From assembly GCA_964188305.1 (NCBI GenBank), contig OZ076889.1: a DNA stretch of 64,000 nucleotides; one strand, given 5' to 3'. The DNA comes from Podarcis bocagei (lineage: Eukaryota). Below, piece by piece: positions 1-60,720 of this stretch. The number at the start of each line of letters is the position of its first letter. Position 1 is the stretch's first letter. The position numbers and the translations under genes were made by a program. The notes beneath the pieces were generated by a model. The model searched no databases, had not been told where the DNA came from, and worked only from the letters and a program-made list of their open reading frames with translations.

Positions 1-186
1 TCTATTTACTGTTCCGTTTGACTATGCAAAGCTAGCCCTTTCCCCAAAATCCTATTACACCCTTTAAGATTCATTCAAAGACTTAGCCTAGATGTACAAT
101 ATTTTGATTGACAAAGAATTACTGTTCACCTCAGTATGGTTTTTGCATATTTATAGCTGAGAAAAATGCGTGAACTGGACACACTA

Positions 187-17025
<16,839 letters not shown>

Positions 17026-17439
17026 TCACCTCAGAGGAACTGACGCTACCCAGAAGCGCTTTTAGTCGTTATCGTGGCCACGTGAGACTACAATCCCCAG
17101 CATGCCAAGCGCGTTCTGAGACCGGCGTTCGGAGGGCTGGACCGTAAACTAGAACGCGGAATGAAGTAGTCGCAGAAACGTCGCCTGGAAACGGCCTTTT
17201 TTGCCTCTGTCGGTTTCAGAGATGCCCGAAAGAACAGACGCAACGAAGAAGACCCCGAGCTTTAATAAAAATCTTAGGAACCGCCACATTGAAGGTCCTA
17301 CCGCGCCAGACGTGCAGCTCTTTCTTCCCAGCGCGCCAGACAAGACCTGGATCTTTGCTTCAGAAATGGGCATAAAGATAAATAAGAGCACTGTGGTGGA
17401 GAGTTAATGCGAGAAACGTAGCTCTTGGTTTAACTGTGG

Positions 17440-17633
17440 CATTCAGCCTCCAACATTTAAAAGGGCGTTAGCCAAATTCATGGAAAATAGGGCTTTCCAT
17501 GCCTACTAGTATCGGAGGCAGTTTAGGAATCGCAAGCAGGGAGAGGAGAGCGCATCTGGCTGGCCATTGTGAGCACGGATGCTGGACTACAGGCGCCTTT
17601 GTTTTAATTCAGCCGAGCTCTTCTAACGTTCTT
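17440..17633 (+). mobile_element. CR1-type LINE 3' fragment
   Basis: Ends GCTCTTCTAACGTTCTTA, resembling the CR1 3' terminus; ...TTAGCCAAATTCATGGA... upstream. Confidence 0.5.
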
Positions 17634-17784
17634 AAGAAACAGGATTTAACCATCTTTAGCAAACAGAAAATCCTTCTCTGCTCTGTAAGCCCCGAGAAAG
17701 ACAGCCTTCTTTTCACACTGGTGCTAAAACCTTTAAGAAGCAAATCCAGAAAAACCAGTCTTAATTTGAATTTTCTCACTAAGA

Positions 17785-17970
17785 TTCAGGTAGGTAGACG
17801 TGTTGGTCTGACGTAGTCGAAATAAATTAAGAAATTGTCCAGTAGCACCTTAGAGACCAACTTTGTTCCGAGTATAAGCTTTGGTGTGCATGCACACGGA
17901 AGTGTATACCCAGACCAAACTTAGTTGGTCTCGAAGATGCTACTGGACAATTTTTGAATTTATTTATTTA
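17785..17970. mobile_element. Penelope-derived inverted-repeat element
   Basis: 31-bp arms 17832-17862 / 17923-17953 (2 mismatches) with CCAGTAGCACCTTAGAGACCAAC motif; flanking direct repeat TTTCTCACTAAGA at 17772-17784 and 17971-17983. Confidence 0.7.
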
Positions 17971-20900
17971 TTTCTCACTAAGACTCCGGATAGCATTTAA
18001 CTAGTGTTTGTCAAGCTTCTCTATGTCCAGTAAGGCAAAAGAATCACATGAAACGGGTATCAAGTTCTTGTGAATAGAGGAGATAAGATTAAGAGCCACT
18101 GTAGGCTGTGTGCCTCCTGCAGCCTTGTCACGTTAGAATGCACAGAATCAGAGTTGTACCTAATCAAGTTGTACCTAATCATGCACCTAATCAAGTTGTA
18201 TTATTTGTAGAACTGTTATCAAGCGCATTAGCTAACACTAGGCAAAATCTTTATGATGCAGCGCACTCCAGATTGGAATTTTGAGTCTAGGAAAGATCAA
18301 GATTGGCAAGCATTTTCCCTGCATTAAAATAGAACAATAGTTTGTCGCAGACTGGTTTTTAAAAGGGCAGGCAGATGCCCTGGAAAAAGCTTGCAAACTA
18401 GGCATGATAGTGCTTGCCAAATATTGTGGGTGTATGGCAACAAATAGATGTAATTTTTAGGCACCAGTGCCACACCTTCTAATATCAGCTAGCTAGTAGC
18501 CGGTAAACCAGGGCTGAGGAACTAATGGCTTTCCAGCAGTGGATGGTTGAGGTGGATGGGAGATACATCTGTGGGCAAGATACCGCATCCTTGTATTTAA
18601 CAATTTAATGGCAATTAAATTCTCTATCGGCTAAATACATACTTCCAGTTATCTTTTCCTGAGAGCCCTTATGTAGCCTGGATTGTATTATCCCTGCCAG
18701 GGCTAAAGAACATCAGGAACTAAGGCTGCAGTCCTATGTACTTAGTTGGGAGTACTGTAATACACATTCAGTGCAGGACTTCTGAGTAAACATGAATAGA
18801 ATTCCACTCTAAATTGCTTGTTGTTATGGTTCTTTACCTGCTAGATTGATAAGGCAACATGCACATGTAGAGATGCTGGCCAGACAACAGTGCAAAGTTA
18901 ACCAAATGGTAAGCCTTGTTGTAAAACTAAATACAGAACATATCCAGGGTTAGTCGTCTGAATGCAGGCAGGGAGTTCTTGCATCATTTAAGCAAACAGA
19001 TGCATATTAGCACAGGAAGGCTTTTGTGTGTAGAATAAAGCAGACACTGAACATTTATAGTGTTTATTAAATTTTATCTACACATAATCAAGACACAAAC
19101 AATATTTATGGATAGCTTTAGCTCAGTTTCTAAAATTGCATTTGACCAGATCTAACCTCTGTTCAATTTATATGAAGCTCTGAAAGTTACTCAGCAAGAT
19201 AAATACATATAAAAAGGGGGAAGTTGCTTGCATTTTCTTTCATCAAGGAGATGTATAGCAGGCATTCATTTTAAGGAGCAATAAAAACATGAGGTACTCA
19301 AAGTCCATCCTTTAGTGTGCAAAGATAGTTTAAGACTACAGGATGATATTTTAAGGGACAATGAATGTATGAGACATAAACTGTTTCTAGTATCCTAAAT
19401 AATAGTTTAATATGCTATCCTGAGCTATTAACTCCTGAGTTTACATTTTAGCTTTATGTACTTCAAACACAGGATTTTGTGATTTTTACAGTTCTATGTA
19501 AAACACATTTTATAGACATACCTTAGAAAAGGAAACAGAAGGGAAACCATTCAAGTGGATGTTTCACACTTGGGGTAGAACCAAACATAGCACTAAATCT
19601 TGCACAATGGAACCTCTTCTTCCTCTCCCCACCCCATGTGTGCCCCCCTAAATGTACTCTAGAACATTTTTGGGGGAGATGCCTGTTGCACAAGCAAAAA
19701 TCCTTGTGCTAGCAGGGCATGGTAGTTGAATCCCATCCGTAGTCTTTAAAGTTGGTTGTGTCACAAGATTGTTCTCGGCTAACTGGTCTTTTTTCAAGTT
19801 TCCTAACTTGCACAAAAAAGCCTTAAGGCATTTATTTTTTACAGTTCAACGGAATATTTTTGGCAAGACAATAAAAAAATATTGTTCTTTAAAGAATTGC
19901 AAATGTCGTAGCTTTCGATACTGCCCTCTTCCAAGAAGTTGGCGTCACTATTTGACACCATTTCCATAAAATAGTCTAAATTCAGCTTCAATTTAGAAAT
20001 GGTTTATAAACTATTAAAAAAAAAAATCTTTTCCTCAGCTATCTCCAGTCTTGCCGCCTAGATAGTTGTTACAGGAATAAGTAGGAGGAATACCCCTCAC
20101 TGTACATATATAAATAGGTTTTTATTAGGAAGACATTTAAGATGGCTAACTTCACAAGAATGTCAGCTATCTATATGTTTTGTCTTGGCACAGTGGTCCT
20201 AAATTTGTGGAGTGCTAGAAATTGCATTGTTCTATGCTACCCTCTCATATGCCACTATGAGAGAGATGACTCAAAGTTCAGACCATTGCTTTCACTTCAG
20301 CTTCTTTGCCCTAGCCTAATATTTGCCTGAAGATACACATGTGGTTAACTGCTATTTTCGCAATTTTCTGGAAGTGGATCCATAGCAAACAGGTTTTTTA
20401 AAAATCTTCTTGCAGTAAGCATTTTTTTAAAAAAATCATGTTGTGCAGTAATAGATGAAGTTGGTATGGACTGACAATAAGAAAGTGAAGTTATAGTTTC
20501 TGATACTACAAAGAAAATTAGACATTGTTGCTCTGTAGATTTTTTAAAATGTTTATTATTTTGTAAAACTCTTGTAACTCAGGCAACAGCCTCTAATGCA
20601 GAACAGAACTTCAATGAGACTGCTTCTTACTGGCAAATTAGGCTTGAGTATAAAAATGCTGTCAGCAAACAACTTGAGTTGGAGAGACATGCATCCTACA
20701 TATTGCATCTCAATTAGATTTAACAAAAATACAAAATAAACTTACCTTCAATTGTTTTTTGTACTGTTCTTAAAACTATTTTAGCTGGTTTTATGGTATA
20801 GTTGTAAATTGCCTTAAGGCATATGCAAACAGCAATTCATTGATGAATAAATAATAACCTGGTCCAAATGTGCTCATACATTCCAATTGAATTACGGGGA

Positions 20901-22457
20901 GGGTGGAACTACAGTTAATATTGGTCCCTCAATTAACAGTCTCTTTTTGTACACTCAGCATGCAAAGCTAAGCTTGGCCCCAGCACGTTTGAGATCTTAT
21001 TTCCCTTGCTGAACCCCTACTGCTTTTTCCTCCTAGGCAGTGTCCTGCAATTACGCAGTTGAAGTCTCAAGTTGGGGCTGAAAGCTCTGACAGCTGTTAA
21101 ACTGAAACACTCCCCAAACCTCCAGCTTCTCACGATTCATTAAATTTTATCCATTGAACATGAATAAAGTATTATAAATCCAGTTTTCAGACCTGGCAGC
21201 CATCACTCTCCTCCATCATACTGTATCTCATCCAAACTGTTGTAATACACACATGAACTGTCTCTACTGTATTTTTATAAAGTTGATAGATCATGACATC
21301 ATTAAATTACATCATTAAGTTTGGGTTTAATTTTGGAAGACTCATATAACCTTTAACATAAAAACCAGTGAAACAAGCTGTGCAAGACCTCAAATTAAAG
21401 ATACCAATACCTGGTTCAATGCAATGGCAATTAAAGGCTGGTATGCTTTTCACATGTGAATTTTAAAGAGATTACCAAAGGATGCAACTTTGTTACCTGG
21501 ATATTTTAAAAAGAATGATAACAATGGAGGTTTGAACAATTTTATTTTTAATTTCTTTCCCAAAAAGGGAGAAAAAGGCAAAGAGGTGTTGTGAGATGCA
21601 TCACTGTACTTGCAGATTAGCCAGTAAATGTTAATTTTATGGCCCTATAAAAATACACATACTAATTTGTGGACTACAGCTTAGCCATATTGTGTGATTT
21701 GTGCATGTGAAGGAAGCAAAAAGTATATGAAAGCTGTATTCATGGAGTAAACAGACAAGTTAAATACAATCAAGATTTTGTATAAAAATGTTTGGTTGCA
21801 AAACCAGTCATCAGTAACCACAGGAACTGAGTTTTTAGCAAGCCTGCTCAGAATGGGTGCATGATAACTTTAGTAAAGAATCATGAGAATAACGGAGCTC
21901 ACATAGGAGTCGTTTACTTCTATATATGAACGGTAAACAATTTTATTTTTCAGGTTTTAATCCAAGCTCTTGTATTGTAAGTGGATTCCATTTCCACTCA
22001 AGTGTCGGTAAAAAGATGCCATATGGTAAGATCAAGATAATTTACCCTGTGTGACAGAAGTGCAAAGTGGGACAAAACTTCCCAGTTTCAATACACATCC
22101 GAACGAATGGCGATGTCTTCCTCATTTCATTAAGCTGTGCTGTGAAAAGTCAGTGAAGTGCTTTTTCAGTGGAGGAGAGAAAGTTGGCTTTAGGGCACGA
22201 TACTTAATTTTTCTCCTGAAAAGCTGATCTGAAGAATAGTGTTCCCATTGTGCAAATCCAGTGTGCAAAATTCTATGCACATCTGCCTCTTGTTGCCTTC
22301 AACAATCCTTCTCTTAACCCTACATCATGATAAGATAAGGAACAGTTCCTCAAAATAAAGATAACCACATCTGGTGAATAATAGAAGATGTTTCATGTCA
22401 CAAAACGTGAAATAAACCAGAAAAATATTTTCCAGATATGTTCACAATGCTCAGGAT

Positions 22458-53766
<31,309 letters not shown>

Positions 53767-54055
53767 ACCGCCGCGCCCCTGAGGAGAGCAGCAGCAAAGG
53801 CGAGGGAGAACCTCGGCGGGGCTGGGGGGGCGGGGAGGAAGCGCGAGGCGGGAGGAAAGGCAGCAGCGGGTGCGGATGAGGCGCCACTAGGCGGGCTGAG
53901 GGCCGCGGCTGCTGCCGCCACCGCGCGCCAAACGCGCACGCAACGACGTTCTCTCGCGCGGAGAGCGGCGCCTGCGAGGATCCCGCCGGAACCGGTTCTC
54001 GGAGAGCGCCCCCTGCAGCACGGATGGAAGCATCGCATCCTTAGGCTGACAACTT

Positions 54056-55083
54056 TTACTTTTTTAAAAAAAAAAATTGGAGTCCTTTATTACAGATCAG
54101 GCAGGTTAAAAAGGTAGACTATGTAAAGCAGAAGACTGAAAGAAAAATGTACCCATTTAACCGTTTCAAAAAACCATGTACGGAAAGAAGCTGAAGGAAA
54201 ACACCCGAGAAGAGGCAGGTGTACCACCGTTCCCATTCTACGCTGGGCTGGTGGAGCCATTTCTCTTGCTGGTCTGCTAAAGAGAAATGTTGACAGCATG
54301 CCATCTCATTCTGCTGGTACTTAATGGGACAGGCTGGCGTGGGTCAGAGGCACCATCATGACAAACCAGAAAGTGCTGGATGAAAAGTGACTCATGGTCA
54401 ATGGTGACAGAAATGCCATGCCATGGAATGGCAGGAAGTTGCTGTTTCTGCAGTTACAAGAAAGATAGCAGTGAGCCACACCAAATTCCTGCTTAGCTTT
54501 GCAGACAGCAGGGCTGCTGGACTGGCTGATACAAGTGAAGGACAAAATCTAGGTGTTCATCAGAATTTAGTAAAACCCCATTTTCAGTGGCAAGGCATGG
54601 TTTCCAGTCCTAAAGGTTCAGCAAGGTCAAATCAGGAGAATTTCCCATCCATCATGTAGTAGCCATACATCAGTCCCAACACTATGGCTCCCCAAACAGG
54701 ATCAGATGGACTGTCCAGAAACTTCATTCTTTCGAGGGAGACTTGTTTGGAACCTTGGAGACATTAGGATTACTGTCATACGGATGAACCTCTCCTATAA
54801 GGCATTGGTCAAGCATCTCTCGGGCATCCAAAGAGTGGCCAACATCTTCAAAGTTCTCAGTGGCATCTCTACCAGCTTGTTTGAGCAGAATCTCCTCTCC
54901 ACCTGGATGCTCACTGAGGAAGCGGGTGACGTCATAGACACACCCACTGATGACCAGTTTCCTAGTTGGTGTTTCGCTTCACCACTTTGTCCAGGGTGAA
55001 GACCCCTTTTGCGGGTCTCCAGCATGTCCCCGCTACCATGCTACTTTCTTGACCCCATTCAGGCTCGCCCACCTTGACCGAAC
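54056..55083 (-). pseudogene. CYB5B: Processed (retro) pseudogene of cytochrome b5 type B, with 5'UTR, disrupted CDS (~55058-54632), 3'UTR and A-tail remnant
   Basis: Minus strand, intronless: ..[73 protein letters not shown]...*SFWTVHLI/GAIVLGLMYGYYMMDGKFS*; stops at 54962-54964 and 54724-54726 plus frameshifts; AATAAA at 54086-54091; flanking AGGCTGAC repeat at 54043-54050 and 55084-55091. Confidence 0.9.
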
Positions 55084-57868
55084 AGGCTGACTTTTGAAAT
55101 AAAAAAATGGGACAGTGGGATCCATCCATTTTTGGCTGGCTTAGGGGTCCAGCTCAATAGCTTTTGCTGGAAATAGGGATGGGCACCATTATTGCTGGAC
55201 AGGGATGGGCAGATACAATACAAAAATTGACTGTTTGCCTACATCTTGAAGCAGGGGGTGGGGAATGTTTGGCTCTTGCTGGACTACAACTTCCTTCACC
55301 CCTTGACCATTGGTTATGCTGGCTGGGAATGGTGGGAGTTGGAGTCCAACGAAGATCACATGTTCCTCCCTACTGGTTATTGCTTTGTTTGTTGATGAGA
55401 ATGAGGATGATTATGATGTGTTTTTTGTTTTCATTTTGTATGTTGCAAACGGCCCTGTGATCGTCAGATGAAGGGTGGTATACAAATTTAATCAATAAAA
55501 GTTAAAATAAATAACAAGACAAAAGACAGGGAGGAGAAATGACCTTGCTTCTTGACTGTGGAGGGACTATACCAACTTATTTCTGACCAATTAGGGAACC
55601 TTGATTGAAATGGGCTTACTCTCATGTGTGCTTAGAATTACATTCTTTACATTCATTCTGATTTGGTCTGGCCATTGCAAAGCTCTGGACAGTCAGCTGA
55701 GCAGTGGTAAAATGTGGAGATGTACTGAAGGGGCATCTGAAAGGACTGCAAGCTCCCACTGTCTGGATATTAGGGTAATCAGAGCTCCTTCTCTGGGTGT
55801 CCCTGATATCAGTTAGGTGGGTGGGGACCAGAAAAAAAATTTCTTCAAGATGGCACATGGTTGTATACATGTCATGGGCCCCTGCTGGATAGCATGCATG
55901 ATTGCTATTAATGAGTAGGCATCACTGTGCATACACAATCTTGTGTCTCTAAAAAAACCCAAGCATTTTTTTCCTCATTGCCACCATCAGAATTAAAATG
56001 CCCTCCCACTCACCCATCCTTCTCAGTAGTGAGCTATGTAGCTAAAAGCAAGCAGAGCTGTAGCTTGGCATCATTCTCTTGGCTGTACTTCAAATAGTGG
56101 TGAGGCAGTAAAGAGAGGGATTGCTGAAAGCCCAATAAGGGCTGCTTTCTTAAGCCAACTGCTCATACAGCCCTGGAAGAACAGGAGAACTGAAGGGCTA
56201 CACTGTGTTGCCACAGCTGACTTCCCTTATATGGATTGGATGAGTGCTATGGAGGATACAAAATACAAAGGCTGCACCAAGAGGCCCTAAGAATTGACCA
56301 GAATTTGGTTGCATTTATAAATTTTATGCCTGTCCTTGTCTCTTGTCTGCTCATTTATTTTGTACTGTGTGTTTTTTATTGTACATTGCCTTGTAATTTC
56401 AAATTGAAGTTGATATATAAATATAATGATGATGATGAGAGGGGACTTTTATTAATCAGAGCTGAAAAGGAAAAAAAAAATACTTGCAACTTCTACATGC
56501 CTGGAGGGCTTGCCTAAACAAAAGATGTTTCAAACAGGCACCATTAAGATTACAGTGGAAGTGCCTACTACCTGACCTCATTCACAGGAAGTTCCACAGT
56601 GTACATGCTGCCACACTAAAAGACAGATTTATTACAAGTGCAGAACAAGTATTATGTGGCACCTGTAACAAATGTCCTGCAGCATCAATACATAGCAAAG
56701 TTATTTTTCCTCCACCCCCCAATTGTATGCTGAAGCAAACTGCTGAATGGCTTGCAACGCTTTTCTTAAGAGTGGCTGAAATGCATTTAATTAATCATGC
56801 AAAAACCACAGACAAAAATGTGTGGATTTTTCACAAATCCAACATGTCCTATAAATATCCCATTGTCTGTCTTGCAGATGGATGCATGAAACCACAAGCA
56901 TGGTCTGACTATAGGCATCTTTCTTTTGAACTAGCACATTCTGAGGTAAAGTTGGGTTGCAGCCAGAATTAAATATGCCAGTTCAGATCTCATGAGCAGG
57001 CAGTAGTGAGACATGTGTCATGCCAGTGAAGTGCATGACAGAGCCTATAAACATCCAGATGATCAGAGACATTATTATTTCTGGCCTATTACCAATACAG
57101 TATTTGTACTAACCCAATTTCATTGTTGCTATTTTAAGACAAAGCTCCCTAACTGGCTTTGTTGTGCAACGGCTTTCACTAAAGAGAATGCCTGAGAGGA
57201 CGCTTTGCATAGATCAACACGGTGACAATTTAAATGTTTCCAGCACTGGCTTGTTACATCAGCACCCATGTGTTCTAGAGTAAATGCTTGAGAACACTGC
57301 TTTGCATAGACCGGCATGGTGACAAAACAATCCTATTTAAGTGCTTCCATATGAAAGATCAGAGTTTTCTTATACCAGGATCCTTGTGTTCTAGATCTGA
57401 TTCTGTCAAAATGATGGCAATCTCTCTGTAATAACCTCACTATTGTACAGGGAACCAACTAGACCACTGTATGTAACCCAATTTCATGCTGGCTGTGCAG
57501 TGGTGATATGATAAAGTCTGGTTTTTTGTTTCCTTCCCACAATGCAGTGCTTTCGAAGCTGAGGGCCTTTGCAGGAACCTGGCAAAACAATGTAATATTG
57601 GCCACTCTTTCTCCCACTCCCATACAATAGGTGCTCCCCTCTCCCCAAAATAAAAACACTGTCATAGGCCAATAATGTTTTTACCTTTAAACATGCATCT
57701 CTCATAAGGGGAAAAGGCTGGCAGCACTGGCTCCAAGGTAACATTGTCGATTGAAATGAGATGTTTATTGGTCTGAAGAGGGTACATTTCTGAAAATCTT
57801 AGGGCTGAACAGTCTACAAAACTTTTGTTACTACTCTATTGATGCTGCTACTTTGTGTTCTCATGGCA

Positions 57869-58066
57869 CAGTGGTACCTTGGGTTAAGAACTTAATTCGT
57901 TCTGGAGGTCCGTTCTTAACCTGAGGTACCACTTTAGCTAATGGGGCCTCCAGCTGCCGCCATGTGATTCCTGTTCTCATCCTGAAGCAAATTTCTTAAC
58001 CCAAGGTACTATTTCTGGGTTAGCAGAGTCTGTAACCTGAAGTGTCTGTAACCAGAGGTACCACTG
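57869..58066. mobile_element. Tigger-like MITE family A
   Basis: CAGTGGTACCTTGGGTTA...TAACCAGAGGTACCACTG|TA. Confidence 0.85.
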
Positions 58067-59021
58067 TATAACTTGGATGAGTTGTGCCAAGTCAAAGATA
58101 CACACTGGTGTTCTTAAGCTCACAAGAGGACTTTTGATTCAGCAGGTGCTTCTGCTAAGCCAATGGATGATCATAGAGGGGGTTGTTCACCATTTCTTCC
58201 TTGCCCCCACAGGTACAAGCATTTCCCCAAAAATCAGAGCGAATTTTGAGGGACACTTCTGAAAATATGGGAGGTGGCATAGGTTGACTATAGCAGAAAG
58301 AGCTGGTCTGCAAAAATCACGTTCCCTCAGAATCTGCTAGCAGAGGTGTCCACTGATTTTCCACCCAAGCAACACAGCATTTTGGAAAGGAACACACCTA
58401 GGACAGTATTTCTCTCACACACAATCTTTTTCTACACAGTTCTGGAACAGGTTTCTTCATAAAGGAGCAAAATGTTTTTCATTCTGCCCCTCCACCCAAG
58501 TGTTGATCAATATGCTCTTTATTTATTAAAATAAATAAATAAATAAATAAATAAATGTGGCACTAAGATTGTTTTGGGCATGGCTTTCAAGGCAAGGCTT
58601 TCCCTCAGGTAGCCTTCCTCAGGCTGATGCTCCAAATGTTGAGACTTCCAACTGCCCTCAACCCCAGCCATCATGACAATGGGTAAAGGAATATGAGAAC
58701 TGCAGTCCCAACATTTGGCAAGTGCCAGGCTGGGGAAGGGTGTCTTAATATGGTTTGTTCTCAAATAATGGGAATTCTGAAAGTGCTACTGGTCAGTGCA
58801 GCCAACCCATTGCAGTTGGGACAATACTTTATTATAAAACACAGTTTCCATTGCTATTCTGTAACCACTACAAGGGCTGCAGGTAGACAGAAGAAACTCC
58901 TGGACTATAGCATCCATAATTTGTACTGCTTGTACTCACTAGCTGTCAGATTTAGTGCAAGTCTTAAGAACTAATCCCATAGCATATTCCCACCACTAAT
59001 TCCAGAAGTTAAAATGAAATA

Positions 59022-59347
59022 CAGTGGTGCCTCGCAAGACGAAAAGAATCCGTTCTGTGATTCTCTTCGTCTAGCAGTTTTTTCGTCTTGCGAAGCAAGC
59101 CCATTGACGGATTAGCGCTATTAGCGGCTTTTAGCGGCTTATCAGTTTATCGGATCAGCTGATAAGCGGCTTAGCGGCTTAGAAAAAGGGGGGGGAGGAA
59201 AAAAACCCGCAGGAACTCGCAAGACATTTTCGTCTTGCGAAGCAAGCCCATAGGAAATTCATTTTGCGAAGCACCTCCAAAACGGAAAACTCTTTCGTCT
59301 AGCGAGTTTTCCGTCTTGCGAGGCATTCGTCTTGCGGGGCACCACTG
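59022..59347. mobile_element. Tc1/mariner MITE, family B
   Basis: TA|CAGTGGTGCCTCGCAAGACGAA...TTCGTCTTGCGGGGCACCACTG|TA; internal repeats CGTCTTGCGAAGCAAGCCCA and TAGCGG. Confidence 0.88.
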
Positions 59348-59864
59348 TAATAAGCCTGTAAATAAGAATTCCATAGCCCCTCAGTTTTTGATTTTTGTGT
59401 TACAAATATGTTTTATGCTTTAAATGTATTGGCATTTTTTTAAAAAGGTAACAGCCAGCCAATGTTTTTTCTTTCCACTAGCAGGTTACGTTTTAGGCCA
59501 AATGTATGTCAAGAGTCTCATTCTCTGCTGACTGAGCTATCACCTAACATAACATTGATTCTGAACTCAGTCGGACAGGTTAGAAGTGGCAGTTATATAG
59601 AGATAGAAGCAAGAAGATCAAAGCTGCTAGGAATATTTCCGTCCTTTTTCTCACTGGTCAAGACTTCCAAACTGTATTCTCGTCACCCATGAAATGGGAA
59701 AGAATGGCATCTGGTTGTGAAGACTGCTGTCCAAAAACTTACCGAAGTCAGAAGTGAGCAAATATATACCATGAGGAATTAACACAAAAAGGAACACCAG
59801 TCCAATACACAAGATAGCCGTGGGCAGGGCTTGTGCTGACAAAGCTCAAAGATGAATCCTGACT

Positions 59865-60375
59865 CTCATACTGAATCAGACCATTAGTCCATCTAGCTCA
59901 GGTACTGACTGGCAGTGGCACTCAGGGTTTAAAGCAGTGGTCTCTCCCACCCATACCTAGAGATGCTAGGGATGGAAGAAGACATTTATGTCCATTCTGC
60001 TGCAGTTTGTCTTCTAACACAAACTACATTATTAGCCTCACTTTCCAATTTGTCAGAGTTTTACATTAATTGCTATTATTACGTTATTACACACCATTTC
60101 GATGCAATGGTCATTCATTTCAATACACAGGGAACTCAATACAAATGGGGAAAAAAGCAATCAATCATGCACCACTGGCGAACTCAAAACAAGAGCGGAT
60201 ACCAATTGTATTCACTGAATTGATTTCTGTTCCAGACATGGGACAAATAAGTGAACATCGGCATTTTCCACACCGATTTCCATCAGAATTCTGTGACAAG
60301 TCTAGAGATGCTGAGGACTGAACCTGGGATGTTTTGCCTGCAGAGCATGGACTCTACACTGAGCCAAGGCCCTTC
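59865..60375 (-). mobile_element. Squam3-like SINE in two pieces (~59865-59970 and ~60301-60375)
   Basis: 3' body (CCATCTAGCTCAG..ACTGACTGGCAG) and tRNA-like head separated by ~330 bp. Confidence 0.5.
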
Positions 60376-60714
60376 CATCATTTATGTCATCTGACAGACC
60401 TTTGTAAAACATATCTACAAAAGTTACTACCTCATAAAACCCACTTGCCTACACATTCGTGGTCTTGGAAAAGAAACAGATTTGTTAAGTTTCTATGCCT
60501 ATTTGCCACAGGTAATGAGGAAATAGGTTTTTACAAGGCAGATCTAGGCTCTGTGGGATTAAGGAGAGAAAGACGTCTGAAAATGCAATGGCATGGATGC
60601 TTTTAAAAACATAACATGTGAAAACATGCATCATAAAAGAGATCAAGATGGGAAACAGCTGCAATGCAACATCTTTGAAGACACCAGCATGGAATTTTGT
60701 AACATAACCAAGGG

Positions 60715-60720
60715 TTTATT
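60715..60720 (-). terminator. Candidate KDM5B polyadenylation signal AATAAA
   Basis: First minus-strand AATAAA I found after the stop, ~680 nt downstream. Confidence 0.5.

Noticed and set aside
18152-18200. Short tandem repeats (AGTTGTACCTAATCA here; TTGATGTAACG at ~24162-24203; TAAA at ~58530)
   Set aside because: Ordinary slippage repeats with no further structure
17400-22400. SHISA4 or another gene between IPO9 and LZTR1
   Set aside because: No cysteine-rich Shisa-like exon or any convincing coding exon seen on either strand
54706-55025. ORF-track peptides 54706-54999 (+) and 54795-55025 (-) as novel genes
   Set aside because: They are the antisense and wrong-frame readings of the CYB5B pseudogene
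56484-56972. Longest unexplained ORF (162 aa)
   Set aside because: Non-ATG start, overlaps an antisense L2 remnant, no domain signal or splice context
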